A DNA stretch of 64,000 nucleotides from Histomonas meleagridis 2922-C6/04-290x (GCA_020184695.1 JAANOX010000014.1:1-64000), one strand, 5' to 3'. Shown: positions 42,249-54,065, numbered from the stretch's first letter. Notes: generated from the letters alone by a model not told the origin. Numbers and translations are program-made.

Positions 42249-44135
42249 ATGACAAAATTAACATTTATTTTCGGAACCTATCCGACATCCAAAAGCAATC
42301 CTAATAATGAAATGGCGATATCAAATCTATTTGGATCAGATCCAACGATAATGCAAGCGTCAGCAAAAACAAAATCTTCTCTTCCAGAAGATTCAGCGTT
42401 TCCTGTTTATCTTGCAGCACTTAACGAACATATTAATGAACCTCTTCAGGTTCAATGGATTAGTCCATTTCATAATGCACATGTTTTAAATCTTTCGTCA
42501 GTGAAAGATGAAATGCTTCACACACTTTGGAACTTCATGGCATTTCTTCACTGGCAAATTGTAGAGCAGGATTGTACTGTCAAAGAAGGAATGCAAAACA
42601 TCAAATATCTCTTATCTGATATTACCGCTCTTCATGAAAGTTTTGGAAAAGTTATTTCAAATCATAACCATCCTGTTTTCACACCACAACTATACGCATT
42701 CATGACATGTTATCATCATTACATTTGTTCTCTTTTCTTATTCCATGCATTACAAGATGCCAAAAAGCCAAGTCTTCAAATATGCAAAGCAGCTAACAGA
42801 TGTTTAATCGAACTTACCCAATGCAACGCAACACTTAACAGTCTTCAAGATGAAGCTCGTGTTTATTTCTCACCAATCATATCCGGATTAATCAAATACT
42901 TCAATGGATTTATTTGCTTAAATATGGGTAAAAGCTCAATAGATAAGTGCGATTATCGCAATGGACTTGGCTATTATCAAAAAGGAGTACGATTCTTCGA
43001 AGGTAATATTGAATTGTCAAATTTTGCAACATCAGTCAATACTTCAGTATCAATGATGAAGAACGCCATAAACTCGACATTTGCGTCCGCTCAACATGAA
43101 AATAAGACGATTTGGTTTGTTGCAACAATCCCAGATCCACCAGATTATCCAGTCGCTTACAAGCTTGACATGACCAACTTCACTCCAACGCCATGTCTTC
43201 AAATCGAAAATGGCTTCAAAGAAGATATGCAAGCTCTTGAACAATCATTATTAATGCAAGATGTCGAAATTCCTGGATTAGGCCCACCCACAAAGCCACC
43301 AACATCATCTGACCCACCTAATTCATCTGGTCCTCCATCATTTGGTGGAAATAATTCAAGTGGTGCACCACCTAAATTTAATCCCACCTCTTCAAATAAT
43401 TCATCAGATGGAGGAATTCCAATCTTTAACCCGACAGCAAGTATGCCACCTTCTAGCGGTGGCGCGGCTCCAAAATTCAATCCAACCAACGGGGGTGCCC
43501 CTGTTTTCACACCGTCTGGGGGTGCCCCAAAGTTCACCGGTAACAGTCAACCGCCGACTTTTTCACCTAACAATTCACAACCGTCAGAACCGAAACCGTG
43601 GACACCGCCATCGTCATCAAACAGTAACCAAAGCGGCGGCCCACCAGTTTGGACGCCACCAAGAAGCAACAGTAACCAAAGCCCACCAGTTTGGACACCG
43701 CCTGGTAATAATAATCAGCAAAATAATGCACCAGTTTGGAAACCTCCATCTCAACAAGGAGCACCACAAAACAACTCAGGCTCGTGGAGACCTCTCGGGA
43801 CATCACAGCCAATCCAGCAGCCAAACTTTTCAGCACAACAGAATCAATTTCCAAATTGGAATGAAGTCCTTCAACTCAAAAATAACATAACAGCTCGATT
43901 CCAATCGCTCAGGCAAAGATTCCCGAACGTTGCGCAGGTCTTAAACGCATACGAACAGCAATTCCAGCAAGCATCAAGTAATGATAGCATCATATCAAGT
44001 ACCATCCAAAACTTCCTCAACGGACAAAATATATCAAAGCAACAGGTCGACGGAATGATAGGACAGGCATCGAACTTCTACAACCAGCTGAAGAGTCGAC
44101 TTGATCAAATCGAATTTCAATTTGGTGGACGATAA
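42249..44135 (+). CDS. BRO1-domain protein with Pro-rich repeat region and small C-terminal helical domain
   Basis: LWNFMAFLHWQ..EQ...KEG, DAKKPSLQICKAA and HENKTIW..TIP align with Bro1 landmarks (LFN.GAL.SQ, KKPSLIAKLA, KDNDFIY...P); about 12 PP.(F/W).P repeats follow. Confidence 0.7.
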   Translation: MTKLTFIFGTYPTSKSNPNNEMAISNLFGSDPTIMQASAKTKSSLPEDSAFPVYLAALNEHINEPLQVQWISPFHNAHVLNLSSVKDEMLHTLWNFMAFLHWQIVEQDCTVKEGMQNIKYLLSDITALHESFGKVISNHNHPVFTPQLYAFMTCYHHYICSLFLFHALQDAKKPSLQICKAANRCLIELTQCNATLNSLQDEARVYFSPIISGLIKYFNGFICLNMGKSSIDKCDYRNGLGYYQKGVRFFEGNIELSNFATSVNTSVSMMKNAINSTFASAQHENKTIWFVATIPDPPDYPVAYKLDMTNFTPTPCLQIENGFKEDMQALEQSLLMQDVEIPGLGPPTKPPTSSDPPNSSGPPSFGGNNSSGAPPKFNPTSSNNSSDGGIPIFNPTASMPPSSGGAAPKFNPTNGGAPVFTPSGGAPKFTGNSQPPTFSPNNSQPSEPKPWTPPSSSNSNQSGGPPVWTPPRSNSNQSPPVWTPPGNNNQQNNAPVWKPPSQQGAPQNNSGSWRPLGTSQPIQQPNFSAQQNQFPNWNEVLQLKNNITARFQSLRQRFPNVAQVLNAYEQQFQQASSNDSIISSTIQNFLNGQNISKQQVDGMIGQASNFYNQLKSRLDQIEFQFGGR

Positions 44136-44299
44136 AGTGTCCGAATGATTTCGTAAATAAAACTCAAAAAACGCTAATTATACTTTGAATTATCTAAAAG
44201 ATCATATCAATAATCATTTTTTTCTTTAATTAAAAAAATTTGGTGAAGAACATTAACAAAAAACAGAAATTCCTTAAACATTTAACTTTGGACTGACCG

Positions 44300-45454
44300 C
44301 TTTTTGTTATTTTTGAAATATAAAGAAACCACCGATGGATACAACTACAATCACTGCTATAATTCAATCTGATAAACCATTCACTATGTCATCTTCATAT
44401 GTATTTTCATCGCCAAAAGAGAAATGGTTATCATTACTTGAAACAACATTCGTTGAAATATCAGCAGTTATTGTTTATGTAGCGTTGGCTCAACATTAGT
44501 TGTTTCGATAATACATGTTTCAATTGGTTCTTCATTTAAAAGTCCGAATATTTTAAACATTTGGATACAAGTGTTAATTCTATTGATAATATTTATTATT
44601 AGCATAATTATGAAGTCTAACTTCAGAACCTCTAAAAAACCTTATGTTACAAAATTAATGTTTTCAACTTTAAACCCAATAAATTTATAATACATTAAAT
44701 CCATATAAGCACTAAATATATTGGGATAATACAGTGATGTTGGATTGTCTATGTAAACATAAATTAGTTGTGATTGAACTTCGATATTAATGTTTGCTTC
44801 CTTTATATCCACAGGTAAACATATACGAACAACTCTTTTTCGTTGTTAAATTATCATTGAAATAAACACCAAGTTCTTGAAATGTCCTATCACAAACATA
44901 TTCTGAAAACAATAATATGCTTGTTGAAGATCTAGAATAATTTTCATTTGAGTTAACATATTGATCTTCATAATCAGTAATATAATATTCCGTTTGTGAA
45001 AATATTTTTTCTCCTGCAATGTTAGTGTCAATGTTTACAAGTACTTCTAGCGTAATGTTAAAAATGTTGAGGGGTACTTGTGTAAAAATACGCAGACACA
45101 GTGTACATTGTTGTTATCTGAATATAATTTTGCATAAGTTATATTTCAAGATGAATTAAGTTGTCTTGTAAACAAGAAAATCTTGTATGTAAGAACTGTG
45201 ATAAAACTCAATAGGTTTTTCAACTATGTTTTTGTAAGGAATACCTATAATTACAACTTGTGCATCGCCAATATCATTAAAAGATTAATTCTTCCATTAA
45301 CTGTTTTTTCTATTGTTTTACTACCTGAAATAAGAGAACTAAAATATGAATCAGTTATATTTTTTTTAAGAACCATCAATTGGATCTTCTCTAATTCATT
45401 AAAATATTTAATAAGAAAGGACAGTGGCAATATTGCCCTTATAAATTTTTTCAA
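44300..45454 (-). pseudogene. Heavily decayed type I membrane protein gene
   Basis: Signal-like MKKFIRAILPLSFLIK at 45454 and several broken frames. The 3' end reads NGLSD*IIAVIVVVSIGGFFIFQK* (stops at 44364-66 and 44307-09), similar to the TM of 37449..37781. It is uncertain that the 5' and 3' pieces belong to one gene. Confidence 0.45.
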
Positions 45455-45568
45455 ATTTTGAATAACATTTTATTATAAATTGGACAATATGGAATAAAAA
45501 ACGTAAAGTAATCAAAAAATCTAATCAACCGTTTATTACATTCAAACAAAACAGTTTTTTATGACATG

Positions 45569-48500
45569 TCACTTTTCACTCATTAGTTTTTTTGTTTCTT
45601 CAACAATTTCATTACTTTTCTCGCAATCACAATCAAATCGTGCCAATTGTAGTGCAGTTTTCATATCCCCACCTTTAGCTAATATAGTAATTGCTGTACT
45701 ATGAGCTTTACATTTGATCTCAAATTTATCTGCAGCACACATCACAACACTTCGTAATTGTTCTTCTTCATCTTTACCACGCTTTTGCTCGGCAAGTTTA
45801 ACCACAAATTTAGCCACTCCAACGAAATATGGAAAGAATCGATTTGAACTTTCAAGGAAATGTATTGAAACAATTGGCAAAAATTCACTCATGTAAACAT
45901 TTCTACAAAGATAAACGCACCATTCGAATATGATTTTGGATATACCATAACAGTCGCAAGTAATAATATCATTTTCGATCCATGTCGTAATCAGATTTAA
46001 TGCATACATCTCTTTAGATGACTCATGTGATGTAATAGCTTCTTGTAACTTAAGGTAAATAGACATTAGAAGCGGAGAACCAGGAGATGTTTTAAGATAA
46101 TTTGAAAATGCGATAATTGTCGAAAGATTTTCTGACTTAAGGGAATACGCTATTTCATAAATAGGTGTTAGACAATGGCACATCAAAGGGAATGCGGCAT
46201 CTGATGGAAGAGGCATCCATTTTGAAAAGTGACTTAAGGCGTAAAGTTGACACTTTTTGACATCGGTGTACGTTAACATTATACAAATTGGGGCACCGCA
46301 AACCTCCGGAATTGAGAATATGTTCAAATATTGTATGAGCTTTCTGAAAATTGAATGATAATTTTCTCGAATTAGAATTTGCTTTTTATCAGAATATGTA
46401 GTCATAAAACGAGAAAATATCCTCATTCCACAAACAAAGAAAGAAGGATAAGATGATTCAAAGAATGGTATAAATAATTTCGGTGTATTTTTATCATTAA
46501 ATGTATTTGATTTATCACAAATAATAAGAATTTGATAAAGTGGATATAATTCTGGTGATATTATACTTCCTGAATTATTAATAATTGTTTTAGCCAACTT
46601 TAAAATTTTTTGATTAATACTTTTAGTTGAAATTAAATAAAGACATATAGAAGAACGATACGGCATATCAACGATCATTTTACTCTCAATTAACTGTACG
46701 ATAGTGTTAACGGTCTCTCCGTCTATTTCTTTGATTCGTGATAATAAAGAATTTAATACCATTAAGCAAAATCGAAGTTTGTTTTTATTTTGTATGGTTT
46801 GTAATAAGTTTATAATAGTTTTAGTATAATTTTTTTGATGAAAAGCAATATAAAGGAAACTTTTTGCTAAATTATATAAATGTGCTTTTGAAATTTTAGG
46901 TAATGAATTTAAATGATCTAAATATTTATCAGGGAAAGTAGAAATCAATGATATCATTAAATCAGTTGGAATTGTTTCATAATTTTTAGAATATTTTTCA
47001 TAAAAATTATTTAATTCAGGTGATTCACTTTTTCGTAAATAATTCAAAATTATTGATGCAAATTTTATCGGAAATTTCACATCAGTCAAATTAACCAAAA
47101 TTTTCTTCTCTTGCGCATACCGAAGTAATATTGATATCGATATGGGATCATTTTTCTTAATATAATACTTTAATATTTCAAGAATTTGTTTTTCATTAAA
47201 TTCAAATTTCTTAAATCTCAATTGAGTAATAATCATTGGACTATAAATTGGATATTCTTTAGCTAAATCATCTTTATCATAGTTCGTCAGCAAATATTTT
47301 TTGTTTTCGAAAGTTAATTCTTCATATTTAATTTCATCAATTTCTTCTTTAATTTCATTTGAAGCCTTAAATGCATTAAATGTTTCTAATTGTTCTTTCG
47401 TAGCATTTTCAGGATGTTCAATGATATAATCGATAAATTCGATTAAAGAATTTTTAATTTTTTTTGATTCGTCGAAGTCTTTTGAGTACTTTACGTACAA
47501 GTGACACAGAATATTTACAAATTCATAATCTTGAATCATACATAAAAGAGAAACAGCTGCTTTAATTCCATCTTTAATTTCATATGAAATGAATTTCTTA
47601 TAATATTTTTCCATTAACTTTAAACCCTCTATTGGGAATAATTTCATCAAATGTTTTGCTAATAAAATTGTAAATTTCCCTTCGATTCCAGTTGTAGGAA
47701 GTTTTAATATAAATTTTAATGCGTTATAAGCAGGAGAAAGAAATATATTATAATGTAAAGAATTCTCTGATATTACGTCTAGATTTTTAGATTTTATATC
47801 AATTTTTATCATCTCTTTAATGATTTGTATTTGTTCTTCTGGTAAATTTATATTCCATGAAGTAAAACCTGAGACTTCTTGTATAGACACAATTAATATT
47901 AATAAAGCTGATGAGAATAACACTTGTAAAGGTTTAACATCGAAGTTTGTATAATCGAAATTACTTAAGAATAAAAAGACTTCCGAAAGTATATTAATGT
48001 TCTTCTTATAAAACGAATAATATTCGATTAATAAATATATTAAATATGTTAAATGTGTACATTTGTAAGTTGTAAATGAATGAATTAAATATGATAATGT
48101 GTTTAAGATTTTAATTAAATTGTTTTCATCATAAAAATCAATTCGTTTACAAAGTTCTAATGTAATCATTTCATATGTTGAAGATGTAATATATAATGTA
48201 AATAATTCTTTGACTTTCTCTGTGATTCGTTCGTTCTTGAATAAAAGCATTTCGATAAAGATGTTTAAGGTTCGTTTTAGCCCAAAAAATTGTATTATTA
48301 TATCTTTCGGTATTGATTTGATAACTGTAATGGTATCGATTGCTTGGAACCAATTATCTTTGTTAATGTTGTTTAAGATTTTGTTGATCACGTTGTATAA
48401 CTTTTCATGATTTACATGTGAATATAATATATGAAAACTTTTGGCAATGCCTTGTAGCGATGCGGATGAAGAATCTGAGAATTCTTTGGTGATGTTATCA

Positions 48501-49585
48501 GACAAAATGTCTAAAACTTGTTCACTTTTACTTGGATCATGTAAAATGTATTTTGACAATGATTTGATTTTAGCAGATTTGGTTAAAACTCCATCGGATT
48601 CATTAGGAATACATAACTCAAATGGGCATTTTAATAAATAAAATGATGGACGTGTTAAATATTTCGGATCATTTAGCGTTATTGTTTCTTCTTCGTTTTT
48701 AGTTTTGAGCGTAAGTTTGAACGTATCGTTTTCGGTTTGCGCCATTGAAATCGAGAAGTTTTTCGATTCAATCGACAAAATTTGAAAGGCGCTGTCAATT
48801 TCAGTGAAATTTGATGCGGGGTTTGATAGGATAACAAGGGAAGCCTTGGCAATGGATGTCAAATCAAGCTCATCCATTTCGAATTCAATGGATGAAAATA
48901 CAAAGGCAATTAATGGTAGGTATGCTTTGTAATTGTTCTTTAATTCTACATATGAAAAGACTTCTTTCATTAATTTGATCTTATCATGATTAATAATAGT
49001 AGAAACAACTTTGAGAATGTTGCGATTTGTTGAGCTTCCTGTTGTTTCTAAAAATGATTGAAGTAATGATTGATACCATTCAAATCCAAGATTTCCTAAA
49101 TTAGAAATTATGGATGATAAATGTTCAGAAAACACAGGGTCTGCTATTTTGAAGTGATGGAAAACAGGAGTTGAATTAAGAAAACTTTCTAAATAAGGAT
49201 ATGCAATATGATTTGAGACAAATGCAAATGACGCAGCTATGATAGCCGAGCTTTTTAGGTCAATAGTTGTATTCATTGAAATATCTGAGAATGTTTCTTT
49301 AATTAATGTTGGATAATATGGAGTTATTTTTAGAAGAAAAGAACCAGTTGATCTATATGAAGCAATACGAACATTACTTGCTTGATGTGAGGCAGCAAAG
49401 AGAAGGAATTCCCAAATGATTTTTAATGTTTTTTCTTTTTGATCATCTGCTAATGAATCAATAAAAACCGAATTCACCTTATTTTGAATATCAACTAGTA
49501 GGCGCATAATTTCATTTGGTTGCGCTTCTTCGCCTTTAAGTTGAAGCTGAAGCTCTTCTATTAAGCTCACTTCCATCATCTGCAA
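45569..49585 (-). CDS. Large alpha-helical (HEAT/ARM-like) hypothetical protein
   Basis: 1338-aa Leu/Ile-rich ORF; N-terminal HQASNVRIASYRSTGSFLL is HEAT-like. Confidence 0.8.
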   Translation of the reverse strand: MQMMEVSLIEELQLQLKGEEAQPNEIMRLLVDIQNKVNSVFIDSLADDQKEKTLKIIWEFLLFAASHQASNVRIASYRSTGSFLLKITPYYPTLIKETFSDISMNTTIDLKSSAIIAASFAFVSNHIAYPYLESFLNSTPVFHHFKIADPVFSEHLSSIISNLGNLGFEWYQSLLQSFLETTGSSTNRNILKVVSTIINHDKIKLMKEVFSYVELKNNYKAYLPLIAFVFSSIEFEMDELDLTSIAKASLVILSNPASNFTEIDSAFQILSIESKNFSISMAQTENDTFKLTLKTKNEEETITLNDPKYLTRPSFYLLKCPFELCIPNESDGVLTKSAKIKSLSKYILHDPSKSEQVLDILSDNITKEFSDSSSASLQGIAKSFHILYSHVNHEKLYNVINKILNNINKDNWFQAIDTITVIKSIPKDIIIQFFGLKRTLNIFIEMLLFKNERITEKVKELFTLYITSSTYEMITLELCKRIDFYDENNLIKILNTLSYLIHSFTTYKCTHLTYLIYLLIEYYSFYKKNINILSEVFLFLSNFDYTNFDVKPLQVLFSSALLILIVSIQEVSGFTSWNINLPEEQIQIIKEMIKIDIKSKNLDVISENSLHYNIFLSPAYNALKFILKLPTTGIEGKFTILLAKHLMKLFPIEGLKLMEKYYKKFISYEIKDGIKAAVSLLCMIQDYEFVNILCHLYVKYSKDFDESKKIKNSLIEFIDYIIEHPENATKEQLETFNAFKASNEIKEEIDEIKYEELTFENKKYLLTNYDKDDLAKEYPIYSPMIITQLRFKKFEFNEKQILEILKYYIKKNDPISISILLRYAQEKKILVNLTDVKFPIKFASIILNYLRKSESPELNNFYEKYSKNYETIPTDLMISLISTFPDKYLDHLNSLPKISKAHLYNLAKSFLYIAFHQKNYTKTIINLLQTIQNKNKLRFCLMVLNSLLSRIKEIDGETVNTIVQLIESKMIVDMPYRSSICLYLISTKSINQKILKLAKTIINNSGSIISPELYPLYQILIICDKSNTFNDKNTPKLFIPFFESSYPSFFVCGMRIFSRFMTTYSDKKQILIRENYHSIFRKLIQYLNIFSIPEVCGAPICIMLTYTDVKKCQLYALSHFSKWMPLPSDAAFPLMCHCLTPIYEIAYSLKSENLSTIIAFSNYLKTSPGSPLLMSIYLKLQEAITSHESSKEMYALNLITTWIENDIITCDCYGISKIIFEWCVYLCRNVYMSEFLPIVSIHFLESSNRFFPYFVGVAKFVVKLAEQKRGKDEEEQLRSVVMCAADKFEIKCKAHSTAITILAKGGDMKTALQLARFDCDCEKSNEIVEETKKLMSEK

Positions 49586-49680
49586 TTCAGTACTTTATAA
49601 AGAGGTTATTGTAACCATTTTACATCACATTTCCGTAAACAAAATTTGATTTCAAATTCGATTTGTATTTTAGTGTTTAT

Positions 49681-50844
49681 TCAATTATAGCAAGAAAGTA
49701 CATTGTCCGGCTTATGTACAATCTTTTCATACGCCTTTTCGAAATCTTTTGGTAAAATTACATATCTGTTTCTTCGAACTGCATGCATTCCAGCTTCCAT
49801 ACAAATTGATGCTATATCCGCACCACTAATCTTATCAGGCCTTGATACATAATCTTCCAAATCTACATCCGGACTTAAATTCATCTTATTAGTTAATACT
49901 CCGAAAATTAATCTTTTCTGTCTTCTGTCCGGAAGAGGGAATTCTATCTTTCTATCAAGTCTGCCGGGTCTTAACAATGCAGGATCTAATGTATCAGCTC
50001 TATTTGTAGCCATAATGACTTTAACGTTGGTCGTCTGATCAAATCCATCCATTTGTGCTAACAATTCCATTAATATCCTTTGGATTTCTCTATCACTTCC
50101 ATGCTCAGCGTCAAAACGTTTTTGGGCGATTGAATCAATTTCATCAATAAATATGATGGAAGGTGCATGTTCACGTGCTAATCGAAATGTATCACGTACC
50201 ATTCTTGGACCTTCTCCTAAGTATTTTTGGACAAATTCACTACCAGCTACTGCAATAAATGCAGCAGATGTATGATGTGCAACTGCCTTGGCTAACATTG
50301 TCTTGCCTGTGCCTGGTGGACCGTATAGAAGTACTCCTCGTGGTGGATCAATACCAATTTGTGTATATAAATCTAAATGTGTAAGTGGTAATTCGACTGC
50401 TTCACGAATTTCTTGTTTTTGCATATCAAGGCCACCGATGTCTGCGTATGTAACATCGGGTTTCTCTTCGATAATTTGTACTGCTGTTGTTCCTTCGGGT
50501 GGTAAAACATCGACAATAGAATGCGCAACACGATGAAGCGCAACACTTGTGTTTGGCTTCAGAAGGCGACGGTCGATGGTTTTCATGACTCTGACAAGTT
50601 CATTTGAATCAATTAATGCATAATTTGGATCAACCATTTCGGAAAAGTTACCAACTTTAAGAGGAACGGATTGAATGCATGTGACTTCGTCTTGTGCTCG
50701 AATTAGTTCACGTCGAAGATATCGGATTTCATCTTTGATGTATTCTTCTTTGATGTTAAGTAGCTCGATTTCGTCTTCGAGCTCTTTCATGCGGTTGTAT
50801 TGTTTGATGGACTCTTCTTGTTCGGATTTTGCTTCTGTGCTCAT
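49681..50844 (-). CDS. PSMC4: 26S proteasome AAA-ATPase subunit RPT3 (6B)
   Basis: [56 protein letters not shown], and a C-terminal HbYX-like CYN. Confidence 0.95.
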   Translation of the reverse strand: MSTEAKSEQEESIKQYNRMKELEDEIELLNIKEEYIKDEIRYLRRELIRAQDEVTCIQSVPLKVGNFSEMVDPNYALIDSNELVRVMKTIDRRLLKPNTSVALHRVAHSIVDVLPPEGTTAVQIIEEKPDVTYADIGGLDMQKQEIREAVELPLTHLDLYTQIGIDPPRGVLLYGPPGTGKTMLAKAVAHHTSAAFIAVAGSEFVQKYLGEGPRMVRDTFRLAREHAPSIIFIDEIDSIAQKRFDAEHGSDREIQRILMELLAQMDGFDQTTNVKVIMATNRADTLDPALLRPGRLDRKIEFPLPDRRQKRLIFGVLTNKMNLSPDVDLEDYVSRPDKISGADIASICMEAGMHAVRRNRYVILPKDFEKAYEKIVHKPDNVLSCYN

Positions 50845-51197
50845 TTATGATCAAATGATATTGTCATAACCGTTTTATAGTTGGTCAAACAAAAAAAAAT
50901 TGGAAATTTACATCAATACAATAAAAATTGCATTTGTTCGAATTATATAATGTATTAGAATTAATACTTATGCTAGTTGTTGCCAAAAGAAAATGAAATA
51001 GTTATAATGTATAATTTATCTCATTGAGTGATTGTTTACATGAACAATCTCAAAAAGAAAACTCTGAATCATTAAATAAGACAAATTATTTTTTTTCTAT
51101 TTTAAGTAATTTTTTTTTAAATATTTCTGACTAAAAACAATGGGAATAAGTAATAAACAAAGCAAAATCGACAAATAAATGTTTTACACTAAATAGC

Positions 51198-54065
51198 TCA
51201 CGAATTCTTTACCCTATGAACAAGCACAGCTATCATGAAAGCAATAAACGCTGCTCCAATTACAGCGCACACTGCAATTCCTGCGTACACGCCTGGGTTT
51301 CTCCACACGACGACATCGCCATATTCGAACACGGTGAACTTCACTCTTGGGTTTGCATCTGTACTCATTTCTAATTCATATTCCACCGTTATATTATTAG
51401 TTCCTTTCTTTAAGCTCAATTCTTTATTTGGTGCATTAAATTGTATATCACCGCTTTTTCTATTTCCGAAGTATCTACAATCGGAAACATTCGTAAACTC
51501 CAAATATTCACCGCTACTTAAGCTCATGTTATAAAATTCAATTTGTTTACCATTGACTTCGACTTTAGCGTTCTTTAAATATGTTGTAACAATTGGCAAA
51601 GCCTTTATTGGAGAAATGTACACAGTACAACTTGAATTCGCCGGAACATTATTCATGTATATATTCATTGTTCCAATATGTTTAAAATCGGATCCAATTA
51701 TATATACATTTCGATTTAAAGACGCCGATTTATAAGGCCATTCGAAGTCATCGAATCGTTCTGCATCTCTTTCGATTAAAGGAATTTCAATATATTTCCA
51801 ACCAACGAAATCGATAACGACATAATATTCGTTTGATGATGATGAATATGTTGTCGGAGAAGTTGGCTGAAGATTTAATACTTCTCCTTTACCATCGCCG
51901 TATATCCAACAACAAATTCCGCGCTTCGATATATCGACAATTGTACCCAAAGATTTCGACATTTTGATCCAAGCGCCTTCAGTTACATAATTGTTATTAG
52001 TTGCAACTATTTTAAGACTTGTTGATGATTCTTTAACAATAGTTTTTTCTATTGTTACTTTTGCTGTTACATTCGTTTTTGTTTCGATAGAGAACTCTGT
52101 TGATGAAGTACACGATGCTAATAAAATCGAAGACGTGTTACTGTACGGAGTAACAGAAAAAAGGGGCTGAATACGGAATCTTAAGTTTTGCTTCGAATAA
52201 GGATTTTCGATAATAGAAAATGATTTTTTCTTTTGCGTGAGTATTTTTGAAGGATATTTAGCTCTATAAATATTCCAAATTCCATCGTCAATACTTCCTT
52301 CGATGTGAAACTCTTCTTTTGGTTTTTTGAGGATTTCTTTTTCTTCATTTGTTAATATTTTCCTTCTTCGTAATGTTTCCCATTTCTTAAATGTCTCCAT
52401 AAGGTCATCTTGTTTACCATTTGTTTTAGTTGTTGGCGATAACCCTTGGAAAGATGCTGAATAATCATTAGCTGTTGTCTTACAACACATATATTCGAAC
52501 TCATCTATTAATTGGGAATAACATCCATCGGATTGTCCATTTAATGACCACCAGCCCATTTGTGATGGCAATAAATATATTTTGTTCTTGTCATTATATC
52601 GAATGTGTTCGTCGACAAAGTTTTTATAGCCCCAATAAGGTCGATCGAGTGCTCCAACGCGACTATGGAATGTCCATGATGATGAATCCCATGAACTCGC
52701 TTCGATACTTCCATGTGTATTTTGGGCATAAAACATTGCTCTCCGCATTTCTCGTGTTCCTAATGATGTGTTCGGCATCCCTTCAATGCCATCATGATAA
52801 ATATAATCAAATCCTAAATTGTATAAGTTCCCAATGTTTTGCGCTATTTCAGTTACAAGTGTCGAACCTAATTCAGGTTGAAATGTGTTATAACGAACAT
52901 GTAAATGTGCTAATTGCTCTGATATTGTATGTGATGACGCTGTAGTACCAAATGCGCCACGAACACAATTACTAAATCCATAAGGAGATTGTGTTAGTAA
53001 TCCGCCATATTGAATGAGTTCATTCCCAATTCGAATGACATTTCCTTTACCGCTATATGTAAAAACAGTATCAAAAGTCTTTTCGGGTGCTGTCGTTGTA
53101 TATATTGTCGTGTCGGTACTAGAAATTGATTTAGAAAGTTTATACACATAATCTTTGGCCAAACGTGAATCAGGTATAGGCGTAAGATATGAATCTCTTT
53201 GATCAATAGCTCCAGAAAGTGTATGCAATCCTACAAGTAAACCTGCCGCATGAATTTTATCGATAACAGCTTTAACTCCTGCTGTGCCGTTTGGGAATAA
53301 TGATTTACTTGGCTCATAATGTCCAAGTGTTTGATATGCGGCTGAAAAATGTATCATTCCAATCCCATATTTTAAGGTCATGTTAATCCATTGATCAACA
53401 TTAGCTTCACTAACACTTGCAAATACATATGATTCTGATGCTCGTGAAGAATCAAGTGCAAAGGGACCGCCATGTGGTGATGTGGGAAATCCTTCAGAAA
53501 TTACCATCTGCTGAAGTAAACTTCTGAAAATGGGGGCTTTGCCAACGGTTACAACACATTTTGGCTCGTCTCTGAGTTCGCCATTTAAAAATGCCCAATT
53601 AATATATGATGTAACTGAAGCTACAGTGGTAGGTGTACCATTTAATGTGTGTAAACCAATACCATAATCATTATTCATATGAACACCTGATGAGGAACTC
53701 GAAGTCCCATTTGGAAAAGATGTGACAAAATATGGAAACAAAAAACGTGTATCTGAAGTAACAGAGGTCTTGAGAATCTCAAAGCAAAAATGAGTGCTTT
53801 TGGCTGAAACTTTAAATATGATGTAATTGTCTGAAGTTGACGCATTGATTTGCACATTATCTGAAGTGACAGAAACTACTTGCGCTGCTTTTGTAGGAAC
53901 AGTTTTGAGATATGCCATGGCACCAGAACCATATACAAAATTTGTTTCTAAATCTAAGATTCTATGTTTCCCAGAACTGTTAAAATCAATTCTGGCGTAA
54001 GAATTTGTAAGTGATGCAATAACTTCATCGCAATTCATGAGATAGAGATAACAAAGAAAAAACAT
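51198..54065 (-). CDS. Membrane-anchored bacterial-type glycoside-hydrolase-like protein of unknown family
   Basis: Signal peptide. FPNG..GVKAVIDKIHAAGLLVGLH and FDYIYHDG are typical of TIM-barrel glycosidases. WIYGDGKGEVL...IDFVGWKYIEIP is CBM-like. C-terminal TM AGIAVCAVIGAAFIAFMIAVLV. Confidence 0.75.
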   Translation of the reverse strand: MFFLCYLYLMNCDEVIASLTNSYARIDFNSSGKHRILDLETNFVYGSGAMAYLKTVPTKAAQVVSVTSDNVQINASTSDNYIIFKVSAKSTHFCFEILKTSVTSDTRFLFPYFVTSFPNGTSSSSSGVHMNNDYGIGLHTLNGTPTTVASVTSYINWAFLNGELRDEPKCVVTVGKAPIFRSLLQQMVISEGFPTSPHGGPFALDSSRASESYVFASVSEANVDQWINMTLKYGIGMIHFSAAYQTLGHYEPSKSLFPNGTAGVKAVIDKIHAAGLLVGLHTLSGAIDQRDSYLTPIPDSRLAKDYVYKLSKSISSTDTTIYTTTAPEKTFDTVFTYSGKGNVIRIGNELIQYGGLLTQSPYGFSNCVRGAFGTTASSHTISEQLAHLHVRYNTFQPELGSTLVTEIAQNIGNLYNLGFDYIYHDGIEGMPNTSLGTREMRRAMFYAQNTHGSIEASSWDSSSWTFHSRVGALDRPYWGYKNFVDEHIRYNDKNKIYLLPSQMGWWSLNGQSDGCYSQLIDEFEYMCCKTTANDYSASFQGLSPTTKTNGKQDDLMETFKKWETLRRRKILTNEEKEILKKPKEEFHIEGSIDDGIWNIYRAKYPSKILTQKKKSFSIIENPYSKQNLRFRIQPLFSVTPYSNTSSILLASCTSSTEFSIETKTNVTAKVTIEKTIVKESSTSLKIVATNNNYVTEGAWIKMSKSLGTIVDISKRGICCWIYGDGKGEVLNLQPTSPTTYSSSSNEYYVVIDFVGWKYIEIPLIERDAERFDDFEWPYKSASLNRNVYIIGSDFKHIGTMNIYMNNVPANSSCTVYISPIKALPIVTTYLKNAKVEVNGKQIEFYNMSLSSGEYLEFTNVSDCRYFGNRKSGDIQFNAPNKELSLKKGTNNITVEYELEMSTDANPRVKFTVFEYGDVVVWRNPGVYAGIAVCAVIGAAFIAFMIAVLVHRVKNS

